Assembly: GCA_963733095.1 (NCBI GenBank)
Contig: CAVTBV010000007.1
Coordinates: 64,001-128,000 of the forward strand
Reading direction: 5' to 3'
DNA length: 64,000 bases
DNA from: Candidatus Bathyarchaeota archaeon
Lineage (GTDB): Archaea > Thermoproteota > Bathyarchaeia > Bathyarchaeales > Bathycorpusculaceae
A program made the position numbers and the translations under genes. The notes beneath the pieces are model-generated. The model saw only the letters and a program-made list of their open reading frames with translations, had not been told where the DNA came from and did not search any database. Shown one piece after another: positions 39,361 through 51,519 of this stretch (positions are counted from its first letter, which is position 1; the number at the start of each line of letters is the position of its first letter).

Positions 39361-40560
39361 ATGATTTTATCTTCACGTAAGTGCGGCCAAGGAATCATCG
39401 ATCGATATCACATCTTCAGTGAATGCATCCGTCAGAAACCAAGAATCTTATTTGTATATTGGGATACACGTGGAAAATATTCTGATGATGCGCTCCAAAA
39501 AAACTGTTGCTATATTGACGTTCTTTACATAAAAATAGATTTAAAGGAACTATTATTTTGGACAAACCTACTGATGTGCACTCTAAGAATCTAAAGCTAT
39601 GGTTAAGAAAGGCAAATTCAGTTTAATCAGCAAAGAAATGCTGATAAATTGGTTTATCAGGCGACCCAAATATCTATAAAACTGTCTTCAAAAGTTGAAC
39701 AGCACATTAATTCAGTGACAGTGAAACCTGATCTTGTAATTCAATGGATAGGTATGTTCGCGCCTTATGTTGATTCCCCAAAGACCCTTTTGCAGTAATT
39801 ATCGACAACTATTGCTGACCCGCCAAACTCCTTAACTAACAAGAACAAAATCAGAGGTTGGAATACAATCTATGATGAATCCCATTTTTTGTTTGAAAAG
39901 AAACTTTTTTCCCAGGCAAGATACATTTTTAGCCTTTCTAAATGGGTCAAAGATGGGCTGTCAAATGAATACATGATTGAGACAGAAAAAATTCATTCGA
40001 TAGGATGGGGACCTTGTAAAAAGATAGAAACAGATAAAACTTTTTGCAAAAGAGAAAAAACAATTTTGGCCATAGGAACTGATTACAAAGCAAAAGGAAT
40101 AGATATTCTAATAAAATTCGCAAACTACTTAAAAGATTTTTCAATCACAATTGTCGGAAAAGATAGCTCTTTTGACAAGACTATCATGCCATCAAACGTC
40201 AAGATCATAGGATTCGTGCGGGATGAGGAATTAATTAGTCTTTATAAAAAATCTGAACTAATTTTTTTATTCTCTGAGTTTGAACCATCCGCACACACAT
40301 TATGGGAAGCACAAGCTTGCAGTTGCGTTGTAATCGGATACGATGCCTATGGAATTTCTGAAGCAATCATTAATGGGAAAACTGGATTGTTGTTGAAAAC
40401 AAGAAATCCCAAAACGATTGCGGAGAATTTCGCCAACTGTACCAAGACACTTCAGTATTGAAGAAAATGCAGAAAGCGGCAATTGATAATTATGCGAAAA
40501 ATGGAACTTGGAAAAAGCATGCCAGACGTTACTTTCTTATTGTGGTCGAAAGCTCATGAT
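39361..40560 (+). pseudogene. Fragmented GT4 glycosyltransferase
   Basis: KGIDIL, SEFEP..WEAQAC, GISEAIINGKTG in the 39889-40461 piece; flanks frameshifted. Confidence 0.65.
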
Positions 40561-41104
40561 TGGTATCGTCTTCAACAACGAAAACAACTCAACCCATTTC
40601 TTGACGCCACAAAAGCAACACTAGACTCACTATAAACTCGTCTTGGATCAACTTGGTGCAATCAGGGAAAACTCGAAATCTCCTTTTGGTTTAAGCAAGT
40701 TGGGGCTTCAAATATAATTAGGACTTTATGATTTTTGAAGGAGCCAAACCCCAAGACCTTGACTGTATGTTTCGACAACTCAAGCTTTCAGAACGCAACA
40801 TTCGCATTCGTGCTTATTTTTGGCGATATCTGATCGACTTGAGATTTCGTATAGCTTCAAAATCCTACCTATCCCTGCGCGTTATTCAGAATTTGCTGCA
40901 ACTGAAATGGTAGTAAATTAACGAGCTTTCTATGAAATCTGCCACTTGATGATAGAAGCAAATGAACTAACATTTAGGAACACGATACAAAATTTAGGCT
41001 CAATTGAACTTTTTCTTCCAAACTGACAGAAGTTGAAAATACAGATTACTTGTTATATATATAAGAGAATTAACAGAAAGTTAAAAAAAATGATCTGATT
41101 TGTT

Positions 41105-42039
41105 ATGGAGAAACCACATGTTTCTGTCGTAATTCCGACAAAGAATTCATCTAGGACTTTGAGCGATTGCCTGCAATCGCTGGTTAGGCAAGAATATAAG
41201 AGTTTTGAAATTATTGTTGTCGATGCGCACTCCAGGATAATACTGTTGAAATTGCGAAGAAATATACAGACAAAGTCTTTTTTGAAGAAGGCGGAACTCG
41301 TGCCTCGGGATGAATGTCGGAATCAGTATGCTCATGGAGATATTATTGCTTTCACAGATGATGACTGTGAAGTTCCAAAAGATTGGTTAAAACAAATAGT
41401 TTCAAATTTTGAAGATGAGACTTTGGATGTTTTAGGTGGTTTAGCTAAAACACCTGAAGACTCGAGTAAAATTGAAAAAGCATTTGGAGCAGTCTTAAAT
41501 GATTTATTATTGATAACTTATTCATGGGATGATTGGGAAAAAGTAATAGGCTGTAATTCAGCCTATAGAAAGGCAACACTTATTGACGCAGAGGATTTAG
41601 AGAGAACCTGCTAACGGCTGAGGAAACAGAATTACATTTTAGGTTGAAACAAGCAGGCAAACGGATTCGATATTTAGACAGTCTGTTTGTCTTACATAAC
41701 CGTCGATGCACTCCTAGACAATTTTGGAAGCAGCAATTCAGGTTTGGCGTTGGAAAAGGAAAATGGTTACGTTCAAATCCGTCAGCGATTAAAGCAAGCA
41801 ACTTTTTAGCCCAATTATTGCTGTTTGTATCTTTTGTATTCCTTCCTATGTTAGCCATCATAGGCTTTCTAACGATTGTAATCGGTATTCTATTGGTGGG
41901 TGCATTTCTGCTTTCAGTTTTATCTTTGTATGCAAGTGTGAAAGAAAAGGAGCTTTCTCTTTTCCCTTTTATCATTTTAGCTTCAATAATATGGATCTAT
42001 TCACAAGGTTTGGGACAATTAAAAGGATTTTTCAGTTAA
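41105..42039 (+). pseudogene. Frameshifted GT2 glycosyltransferase with C-terminal TM
   Basis: VSVVIPTKN, EIIVVDA, AFTDDD, QQFRFG; split over two ORFs. Confidence 0.8.
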
Positions 42040-42205
42040 CACATATTTCTTGCTGAAATGGTAAACAAAATTTCTTGTATTATCATTTTGTTTTATGGCT
42101 TCTCTATTTTTGGGTTTTAAAACAAAAAGATTTGCTCATATACTTAAAAATCCAGATTATTTGATAAACCAATTAAGGAATAACCGATAGGCTGGTAACA
42201 CAGGC

Positions 42206-43925
42206 TTGAAGAATGCCCGAAAACTAATATTTTATATCTCAATTGTTGCTTCGTTCTTCTTGCTCTTCGGTTATCCTTTTTTTAGGATTAGTTATGCGCT
42301 ATATTTTGAGCCTAATTCTGGGCCGCCCGATATTATTAGCATGCTCCCATTGTCTTATTGGTTTTTTACTGCGCTCGTTTTATCTTTTGTAATAATTCAA
42401 ATTGTTTTCGCAAAAAGTAAATTTGAAATTAAGTTAGAAAAGTTGTTTCTCACCATTTTTGTACCGTGGATGATGTACGGCTCTCTTCCCATAAGCCAGT
42501 TTTCGTCAATTTTTACGATTAATGATGCGGTTGTACATTTAGCTAATGCTGAAAACATAATTTTGAATGGTGGTGTCCATTATCCAGCTTCTGGGTATCT
42601 TCAGTTTCCAGGGACTTTTCAGATGGCTGCTATCATTGGAAACTTTATTGGAGTAACCAAAGGAGCATCATTTCTTGACCTAGGTATTATTCTTAATACG
42701 ATATTTGTTTTGCTTATTTCTTTGTTTTTGTTGATTATTGGTCAAAGAATGTTAGGCCCCAGAAATGGGTTTATTCTTCCGATTCTCTATTTTCTTGTAA
42801 ATACTGGTTTTTTCAAGCAGTTTTGTCCTCAAAACTTTGCTTTACTTCTTTATTTTTTTGGCATTTTTGTTTTTTTGGTTTTGGGCGAAAGCTATATTAA
42901 GTCAAGATACACAACCGGCATTCTTTTACTTACCAGTTTTGTTTTATCAATTACTCATCCTATTACGAGTGTGTATTTTATTGCAACTTTCTTCGGAGTC
43001 TACTTAGGTCAAAAACTGTTTAAGAGAAAAATCGGGGTAACTATTTCAAAAAAATTTCTTCTATGCACAACAGGAATATTGATTGCTTGGTGGGTTTTTT
43101 TTGCAACGAAAATTTTGAAGCTCTTATAAGCTCCCTCTTTTATTTGTTTCAAGCTGGGATCCACTCACCAATCAGTCTATTAAGCCCACCACTCTCCTCA
43201 TTTTTCTCGGTATTCCTTTCATTTTTTACAAAAAGCTTTCAATTCCTTATGGCTGGTGCTGCTGTTGTTGGATTAATCTATGTCTGGCGCAGGCGAAAAA
43301 CAAAAGCTGTTCCATTCGTGTTTTTTGAGTTTCTTATAGGTCTATTAATCATAAGTATTTTCCCGCTTCTTCTTTTCACGGGTTTGTGGTCCGATCGTGC
43401 TTTACAATTTGCTTATTTTCCTTTGTGTGCTTTAGCCATATACGGTTTTGAAACATTATCTCATCTAATTGGTAAAAGAATCCAATTTACTAAGAACTTG
43501 AGAACACTGGGGCTTTGCTTAATTATAGTAATTCTTCCTTTGCTTTTATTTACCATCATCAACTTGATTCATACGAAAATGTTTTAAGTTCAGATTTTTC
43601 TACCACTGCTTTCTTAATAAATTTCAGTCTTCAAACTGTGCCTGTAGCCCTCCCTTGGAGTAACGGAGGATATGCTACTTATTTCTATCAGGATCCTGCA
43701 ATTGCGGACATTCAAATATCTCACTCTCCCAGCTCACTTACCCAACCCTACATATTTGTGGCATGGCTGAGCAATCCTCAAGTGATTGTTTTTTCACTCA
43801 AAGAAATTCGCAGTTTTGAATATGTTGGAGCAGTCAGCAACGATTACAATAATAGAATTTCTTACCTGAACGGGTCTTCCACTTGGAACGAGTATATGAC
43901 AATCGTTTTAATACAGTATATGTAG
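42206..43925 (+). pseudogene. Frameshifted polytopic membrane protein (DUF2206/GT-C-like)
   Basis: Three consecutive overlapping ORFs, the first two hydrophobic (D..VH, YLQFPG, PQNFA, ITHPIT). Confidence 0.65.
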
Positions 43926-44164
43926 CATCCAGCTTGGCAAATGATACTTACCCCCTTGTTTAGGTGCTGCAATTTAATTCCTTGGGAATTAGATGAGTAA
44001 TGTAATAATGTTCCTTTTTGAAAATTGGCTGATTTGCTTTGAGACTTGAGCGCTATCAACAAAAAGGATTTTTCTTGGCGTTAACAAGAAATAGTCTATT
44101 AAAAATTAGTTGTCGCAGAGTACTTTTTATCGATTAATAGAATTTTGAGAGTTGTCATTACTTC

Positions 44165-45372
44165 ATGAAAATTTGCTTGGTTTCGATGGAATATCCTCCA
44201 GAGACAGGTTGGGGTGGTATTGGAACATATACCTATAATCAGGCGCATGCCCTAGCCAATTATGGGAATGAAGTGCATGTCATAGCACTTGGGATCGATT
44301 CTGGACGAGATTACCTTGACGGAAGCGTGAATGTACACAGAATAAAAACAATTAAAGTAATAAAAACTAAAAATCCTCACTTCTTTGGAGATTGCGTGGC
44401 TCACAGTCGTAAAGTATTTAAAAAGATAAAACAACTCAATTTAAACTTTGACGTCATAGAAATCCCTGAATGGCGAGCAGAAGGAATCGTAAGTGTTTTT
44501 CAAGATACGACTCCATTGATTACCCGTCTTCATACTCCGCTGTATTTGGTAAACCATTTTTCAGAAAAACAAAACACCTTTAAGACGCGTTTAATTGCAC
44601 TCAATGATAGTTTAGTGAATATTCTTGAAAGAAACCAAACTATGTACAGTATAGTATTACTGCCCCTACTGAGGCTCTTCGAAAAGAAGTTGCCAAGACT
44701 TGGAATATTGACCTTTCTCGCATAAGTGTAATTCCAAATGGCATTAACATTGAGAGAATTAGATCGGCCAGAATTGAAACAAATTCAATCGGATCGGAGT
44801 ACGTTATTTATATTGGAGGCTTGAAGCACGGAAAGGAGTTTGTTCTCGCCAAAGCTTTACCGGAAATATTTGCTAAATTCCCAAATCTGAAGGTGGTATT
44901 TGTGGGGATTGATATGCCTTATGGCAAGGGAACTATGAAAGAGCTGATTTTAAGAATCAATTCAAAATACACTCATAATATTATTTTTACCGGTTTTGTG
45001 ACAGAAGAAAATAAGTTTACATTAATTAGAAATTCTAAAATTGTGGTTTTGCCATCTATTTGGGAAGCTTTTGGATATACTTGTTAAGAATCAATGGCAC
45101 TAGGTAAAGCTGTAATAGCTAGTAATAATTCTGGTTTTGAAGAAATAATTGAAGACAATTCTTCTGGCTTTCTTGTTGAATCTGGAAATTATAAGGCATT
45201 GCAGAACAAAATAATTAGTTGCTTGGATTCAGCCGATCAACTTAAAATAGTGGAAAAAAATGCGGAGAAACGGGGAGAAGAATTTGACATCGTTAAGATA
45301 TCGCGAGAATCTATCAATTATTATGAAAAGATATTGAACATGTGCAAGAACCGCTATTCTAAGAATACTTGA
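44165..45372 (+). pseudogene. Fragmented GT4 glycosyltransferase
   Basis: EYPP..GGIGTY, PSIWEAFG, then in-frame TAA at 45085 followed by ESMALGKAVI. Confidence 0.85.
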
Positions 45373-45613
45373 AACAAAAATTGTCAATAAAACCAGAGAA
45401 AAAGGGCTGACGAAATCCTTATATAGCTGCCTTAAAGAAAAAGAGATTTTCTTAACAAAGAGGCAAACAAAGGCAATTGAGATTGACAAAATAGCTTTGC
45501 TAAATCTTCAACTTAAATAAATAGACAAAGTCGTTTGATTAAAGTTTGCCTTATTCTATTACTTGGGTTAATAATCTATCAAAAGGCGATATCTTTTTTG
45601 TTAGAATATGAGT

Positions 45614-46288
45614 TCAGAGAATCCATCTTACATCTTCTTTGATAATTTTTGCTGGGATGCCAGCAACCAAACATGCTTTTGGAACATCTTTTGTGACAAC
45701 TGCCCCTGTGGCAACTACAACCCCCTCGCCTAGCCTAACACCTTTTAAGATTACTGCTCTACTACCAATCCAGACATGGCGACCAATGAAAACTGGTTTG
45801 GAGACAATAAAATCATCACGAATTATTCTATGAAAATCACTATCTCTTATTTCAACATCATATGAAATAAGTGAGTCGTCCCCAATAGAAATGTTATTTG
45901 CACAAATAATCTTGGAATCAGTTCCAACACTTATTCGGTCCCCAAATTCTAAAGTTGCATTTTTGTCAATAAGAATTTTGGCGCCATTCCCGACGCAAAC
46001 GGATCCGTTAACTATCATTTTGCTGTTCTTACGCATTTCGAAGGTGCTGGGATTGCGAGATGCGAAGCTGGTCTTGAAAGTTCCAAGACTAAACACACCT
46101 TTATTGATTATCCGCGCGCTTTTATCAACCGCCACTGCCGAGTTTCCATTCACTAACAAGCAGCTTAAGCCTTTGCCGTTGTCGCCTGCTCTTGTTCGAG
46201 AATAAACATACGCGCTCGTAAGAAATGTTCTTAAACCAATCCTATTAGAAATCATACCCCTCAGGTTTACTATAATCATATGATGCAT
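45614..46288 (-). CDS. Hexapeptide-repeat O-acyltransferase
   Basis: [35 protein letters not shown]. Confidence 0.9.
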   Translation of the reverse strand: MHHMIIVNLRGMISNRIGLRTFLTSAYVYSRTRAGDNGKGLSCLLVNGNSAVAVDKSARIINKGVFSLGTFKTSFASRNPSTFEMRKNSKMIVNGSVCVGNGAKILIDKNATLEFGDRISVGTDSKIICANNISIGDDSLISYDVEIRDSDFHRIIRDDFIVSKPVFIGRHVWIGSRAVILKGVRLGEGVVVATGAVVTKDVPKACLVAGIPAKIIKEDVRWIL

Positions 46289-46386
46289 TCTTATCTTATT
46301 TCGGGTAGGTTTTTAAGTATTATCATGTAACGAAGTAGCAAATGTTGACTGATTATTTCTGATTACATTTTTGAGGGGAAGGTATT

Positions 46387-47220
46387 TTGTTGTACAAATT
46401 AATAAGAAGATTCGTTGGACCAGATCGAATGAAAATTAAACTTATCGGTCTAATCCGTTTGGCTAAAACAATGGAAATGAATCCGATGACTTTTACCCAC
46501 ATGTCTTACAATGATAAGGAAATGCTTTCACTTCTTGCCTCAGAATGTGGTTTCCCTTTGTCAAAGGACTTATTTAAGAAATATGCAGACCACGTTACTT
46601 CAATGGTCAGAATTGATAGTTATTCATTTATCACTCAAGATTATGAGGATTTTTATCACGCTTTGTTATTTTATGAAAAAGAAACGCTTGACTTTTCTTT
46701 GAAGAATTTGGCTGGCGGAGGAGTTTTTGTTGATGTAGGTGCCAATTTAGGTGGTTTTGCAGTAAGGTGTGGTAAAAAGGCAAGGTTATATGCCTTTGAA
46801 CCCGACCCAAGAAACTATGAATTACTAAATAGGAACATAAAACTAAATAACCTGACAAACTACAAAATTTTTAACAAAGTTGTTTCCAACAAAAAAGGAA
46901 AGGTAAACTTTTATAAATCAGCATTTCATGGCAGGAATAGTGTACTGAAAATTAACGAGGATGTGATCTCGGCTGAGTCAATTACCTTGGATTCCATTCT
47001 TGAAGCAGAAAGAACGATTGACATAATTAAGATAGATGTGGAGGGCGCCGAACTTTCTGTTTTAGAAGGTTCACAACAATCGCTCAGAAAAACGAAGTTT
47101 GTTATTGTTGAAACTTCAGATCCAATTGTTGAAAAGCTTTTATCCCCATTTATGTTTAATAGTGGATTTGAGTTTTTGAAAAAAAGTAATAATAACACCA
47201 TTTTTCTAAGAAAACAATGA
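46387..47220 (+). CDS. FkbM family methyltransferase
   Basis: VDVGANLG, AFEP, KIDVEGAE. Confidence 0.9.
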   Translation: MLYKLIRRFVGPDRMKIKLIGLIRLAKTMEMNPMTFTHMSYNDKEMLSLLASECGFPLSKDLFKKYADHVTSMVRIDSYSFITQDYEDFYHALLFYEKETLDFSLKNLAGGGVFVDVGANLGGFAVRCGKKARLYAFEPDPRNYELLNRNIKLNNLTNYKIFNKVVSNKKGKVNFYKSAFHGRNSVLKINEDVISAESITLDSILEAERTIDIIKIDVEGAELSVLEGSQQSLRKTKFVIVETSDPIVEKLLSPFMFNSGFEFLKKSNNNTIFLRKQ

Positions 47221-47420
47221 ATTGGGATAATAGTTTGCTAAGTTTTACAATATTTTCATAGTTCTAAGATTCGTATAAATTTCTATTAGCCTAACCAGCG
47301 ATGCAACTTAGTAGTTTACCAAATTCTCCAAAAGTTTGGATTAGAATTTGTTGCTTCGACAATTAAAAGCGACAAGTTCGTAGAAAATAGAATTAGCTTG
47401 GTCCACAATAAATGCCTTTC

Positions 47421-47443
47421 GATGCCGCCAGCGGGACTTTGAA
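47421..47443 (-). other. Degenerate tRNA 3'-end fragment
   Basis: Minus strand TTCAAAGTCCCGCTGGCGGCATC. Confidence 0.45.
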
Positions 47444-47577
47444 AAATTTGAGAACCTATTTGGAAGAACTTTTAGATATCTGACTACTCACAGATTATAA
47501 AGGGGCAATCAACCCAGCTTTTTTGTCGTCAACTAACTAAGCTTGAATATACTCTTATGCATACAGAAACATGGAAG

Positions 47578-48864
47578 TTATGGAGACTGGCAATATTGTT
47601 GCCAGAGCTCACCTCGTGCATTAAGAATTAGTACGTTATTCATCCAGTTTTGGTAATCAAGCAAACCTTGATTGTAAGAAGCCAAGTTATGCCCTAAATA
47701 GTCAGTTCCTATTGTATCAATGTCCCAAGTCCAGTATTGTGACCCAATTCCATTCTGAGCAAATATTTGCAAAGCGTCACTTGTGAATTGAAGATACGCA
47801 GGTTCCAGAGATGCATCATAATTATTCCACTGCTCACTGCCCCACTCCATAACGATAACGGGGAATCTTGCTGACATAGGTAAAATATCATTTTGAGTTA
47901 AATACTGCAGATATTCTGTTTTTGCCTGAACATATTTTCCCGCAATGTAGTCGTTTGCCCAATTCCAATTGCCTACTTGATAGGCCATGTATGCACCTTC
48001 GGCGGCATAAACAACATTGTTTTGTGGCAAAGGGTTGTTATACCAATCTACTAATGAGTTCCCCCAAGCCATCCCGTAAACGGCAACTAAAAGTTTCGGG
48101 TTTACTGCGTGAATTGCATCAACAGCTTGTGACGCGGCACTGCGCCAGATGCCAAAGAGGGTTGAATCAGCCATTTGATTTGAGCATGGTTCATTCAAGA
48201 TATTAAACATGCTCACAGTTGGATTGTTGATATAACGATTTGCGTAAAATTGCATCAAACCAATCCAACTCACATTAGGATAGTTACCATACCATTGCGC
48301 GCTTTGAGAAGATGGAGTCAATATCGTATTGAGAGGTGCATTAGGATTCTGCATTATTTTAAGCGCATCTTGATCTGCGACACCAACCATGTTCGGGTCA
48401 CCGTAATGAAAATCAAGAATAACATAGACATTGTGGGCTGCGGACCAGTTTACCACTTGGTCAATGATAGCAAAGTATGTTGGGTTGTACTGATACCAGG
48501 TAAGTGTTAGGCGTATGCTGTTACCTCCAGAGGCTTTCAAATAGGCAATTAGGTTTTCGTTCCAATTGCCGTTGGTGTAGGCGTTTAGTTGGCTCCAACC
48601 CCAATTCGTAGTTCCAATCGCAGCGCCTTTGAATATAAATTGCGATCCACTTGCGGTTTGAATTTGATTGCGATTCGTATGAAGCCATCCAAGTCCGAGT
48701 TCTCCTATGCTGCCCTGAATCGAAATTGTTTTTTGCGCGGTCATTTCAGTGGTGGCTGTGGTTGTGTTTGGTATAACTGTAACTATTATTGCTAAGAGAA
48801 GAATTAGAGCAGTATACTTTGGGGTCAAGCCATTCATCAATGTATATAGTTTATTAATACTCAA
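47578..48864 (-). CDS. Secreted GH5 family glycoside hydrolase
   Basis: NSIRL, ILDFH, ILNEP acid/base, VMEWG nucleophile, YWTW. Confidence 0.85.
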   Translation of the reverse strand: MSINKLYTLMNGLTPKYTALILLLAIIVTVIPNTTTATTEMTAQKTISIQGSIGELGLGWLHTNRNQIQTASGSQFIFKGAAIGTTNWGWSQLNAYTNGNWNENLIAYLKASGGNSIRLTLTWYQYNPTYFAIIDQVVNWSAAHNVYVILDFHYGDPNMVGVADQDALKIMQNPNAPLNTILTPSSQSAQWYGNYPNVSWIGLMQFYANRYINNPTVSMFNILNEPCSNQMADSTLFGIWRSAASQAVDAIHAVNPKLLVAVYGMAWGNSLVDWYNNPLPQNNVVYAAEGAYMAYQVGNWNWANDYIAGKYVQAKTEYLQYLTQNDILPMSARFPVIVMEWGSEQWNNYDASLEPAYLQFTSDALQIFAQNGIGSQYWTWDIDTIGTDYLGHNLASYNQGLLDYQNWMNNVLILNARGELWQQYCQSP

Positions 48865-49257
48865 TAAATACTTTACTTGTTTGGACTACTTAGGCATTGC
48901 CTAAAAAAACAAGAATCCACATGGAACATCAGTGATTAGTGGTGATTACTTTTAACGGTAGGCTTTACAAAGGAGGACAAAGAGAATTTCCCGAACTATA
49001 GAAAGACTTGCATTAAAAAATTGAAAAGAATAATGTTGTTTGCAATACTCGTTTGTTACTCTGCCAATAAAAAATAAGAAAACTATTCGATGACTTTCAA
49101 GATGCGCCAACCGCAGATCTGGTATGTCTTAACAATAAAGTATGCATTGATAACGCAGTATTCGATAAGAAAAGACAACGAAACGTCATCAGAGCAAACG
49201 GAGTATTATTATAACAATAAAGTGCAAATAATCAAATCGCTTCATCAAAAAAAATAG

Positions 49258-49947
49258 TTGCAGGCAAATAACGTGACCAGTAACCAAACCACCAACGACC
49301 AAATCAAGCAACTCATACTTGATACTGTTAAGAAGCAGAAGCCCGAAACTTTAGAACAACTTATCTCCTTAATTCAAGAACACATCGCGATACTGCCAGA
49401 AAGAATAAATGACCTGCTTATTGAACTAGAAAATGAAGATCTCCTGCATTTCATCAACCCTGAACTGCCAACACCTACCTCAGCCAAAGCTTACATGTTC
49501 TCGCCAAAAGTCCTTTGGTACTGGATTACAATTATCTTTTCCTTCGCAACGATTTTAACCGTTTTTTCAATTCCAAATTCTGATTATCCATTAGTTTACT
49601 TGCGCTACGTATTGGGCTTTGTCTTCGTGCTTTTTCTGCCAGGTTACACTTTCACAAAGCTTCTCTTTTCAACAAGACTTCCTAAAATCGCCGTTTTTTC
49701 AACAAAAGGGCGAATTCAAGCAGATAGCCACAACTTCGAAACAATAGAACTCTTTTCGTTAAGCGTAGGTTTGAGTTTGGCGCTGTTACCTCTGTTAGGT
49801 TTAATTCTTAACTTTACTCCCTGGGGCGTACGACTTGCACCAATTACCTTCAGTCTACTTGCATTAACAATAGTTTTTGCAACATCCGCCGTCCTACGTG
49901 AATATCAGACAAGACTGAGGGTATCAAAATTATTGGCTAATGATTAA
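49258..49947 (+). CDS. DUF1616-domain membrane protein
   Basis: LRYVLG..LFLPGY, LSVGLSLA, LNFTPWG. Confidence 0.8.
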   Translation: MQANNVTSNQTTNDQIKQLILDTVKKQKPETLEQLISLIQEHIAILPERINDLLIELENEDLLHFINPELPTPTSAKAYMFSPKVLWYWITIIFSFATILTVFSIPNSDYPLVYLRYVLGFVFVLFLPGYTFTKLLFSTRLPKIAVFSTKGRIQADSHNFETIELFSLSVGLSLALLPLLGLILNFTPWGVRLAPITFSLLALTIVFATSAVLREYQTRLRVSKLLAND

Positions 49948-50646
49948 ATTAAACACTATTAACAAATCTACTGTTTATTCTCACAGCTTTAATAAAGAAG
50001 CACTGCAAAACACCGGTCTTCTTCTAACAGACAACAAACACTCCAAAACAGAAACTTGACTTGTCATAAAAATAAGATAGCTTTATTCAGCTTTCCCCAA
50101 AAAAGTGTGTGGAAAAAAAAATAAAAGAGAATTTTTGTTTGAATCAGCATGTGCCGTTGTCCTTCTCCCAATAAGGAGACAGTGAGCATCTAAAACTAAC
50201 TACGTTCAATCTAATTGATCTGAAAGAAGAAAAAACAGCTCATATTCGACGAACTCTGCAAAAGACTGGATGGACTCAAAGCATAACATCATTCTTATCT
50301 TTTTCAGGTAAGAACACGTTTAGTAATGATATTTGAAACTGGTTTTCGCTGACCAGTCAGGCATGAAGCTTTAAACATTAAAAGCAATATTTCCCCTATG
50401 ATGCCTCATTAACAATTAAAAAAAGAACAGGTCGCTGTAAAAGCTCAAGGGCTCCTAATTCCCAAGCGCATTTTTACTTGTTTTTACTTCCATTGTTGGG
50501 ACTCGGGGGTAAATCACAAGTCGTCATCCCGGCTGTTTCGGTGTCTGACAAAGGTTTCTCTGACTCGGCATATCCAAGCACCTTCTAATTAGAGTCATTT
50601 TTAAAATTTTGCGTTAGAAAGAAATGTGGGAAATGGCTAAGAGATT

Positions 50647-51468
50647 CTATAACGTTTTGTTTTTAACCCAATTATGGAAATTTTGTACTGATTCTTTTGG
50701 TAAATCATCTCTGGCTCTCACTGGTAGCTGCAATCTTTCGCTAATCTTGATAGATAGAGCTTCATAGTTGAGTGGGTACAGCTGTTCTTTGAAGGTCCAA
50801 GAAAAACCCTTTCGCTGATTGACAAGTTGCTCGTATGGTTTTAGCCAGCGAGTGGCAAAAACAGGGGTTATTCCTAGGAAATTGCAGATTTCTAACTTTT
50901 TCTCTACTTCGCTTTTGTCTAAGACAGATAGGGTGTTTTTGACTTCAACGCCTATTGTCAATTTGCCTGAACAGTGGCGGGCAATTATGTCAAGGGTGTT
51001 TTCTGTTTTTGTCCATTTTTTATTTTGATATTCTTTTGTATGTTCTCCTTTTATTTTGAAGCCTTGAATCTTTAATTCCGATTGGACTAGTTGTTCAAGA
51101 TGTTCTCCGTAGAGCGTACACATTTTATGGTTGGAGTATTTATCGATTAGTTTGCAGGTTGATTTTATATGAGTATTTAGTAGATGGTTGGAGTCAGATT
51201 TATCGAGTTTTGAGTTATAGTAGAAACAAACCGTTTGCGTTTGGGTTCGAGCTTTTCTTCTTCGCAGTTTGCCTTCCTCCTCAAGCTGAGTTAGTGCTTG
51301 ATAGACTACATCGTCGGAAAGGTTGTCTTCATATATCGTTTGGATCTGTGTAAGATAGTACGGTTTTCTTTTTGCTCGTCCGATTTTGTCTTCGAAAAGC
51401 GGCATCACACAGAGCTTGGCTGTCTGAGTTTTAGAGTCACTGTTCTGCAACAAATTCACCGCTTGCAT
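50647..51468 (-). CDS. wHTH + PD-(D/E)xK restriction-endonuclease-like protein
   Basis: GEHLEQLV, LDIIA, VEVKN; N-terminal ALTQLEEEGKL wHTH. Confidence 0.7.
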   Translation of the reverse strand: MQAVNLLQNSDSKTQTAKLCVMPLFEDKIGRAKRKPYYLTQIQTIYEDNLSDDVVYQALTQLEEEGKLRRRKARTQTQTVCFYYNSKLDKSDSNHLLNTHIKSTCKLIDKYSNHKMCTLYGEHLEQLVQSELKIQGFKIKGEHTKEYQNKKWTKTENTLDIIARHCSGKLTIGVEVKNTLSVLDKSEVEKKLEICNFLGITPVFATRWLKPYEQLVNQRKGFSWTFKEQLYPLNYEALSIKISERLQLPVRARDDLPKESVQNFHNWVKNKTL

Positions 51469-51519
51469 TTTTCTGCTAGTTGCATGCTCGTTTCTCCATG
51501 TTCCCTATATAAATAATTT

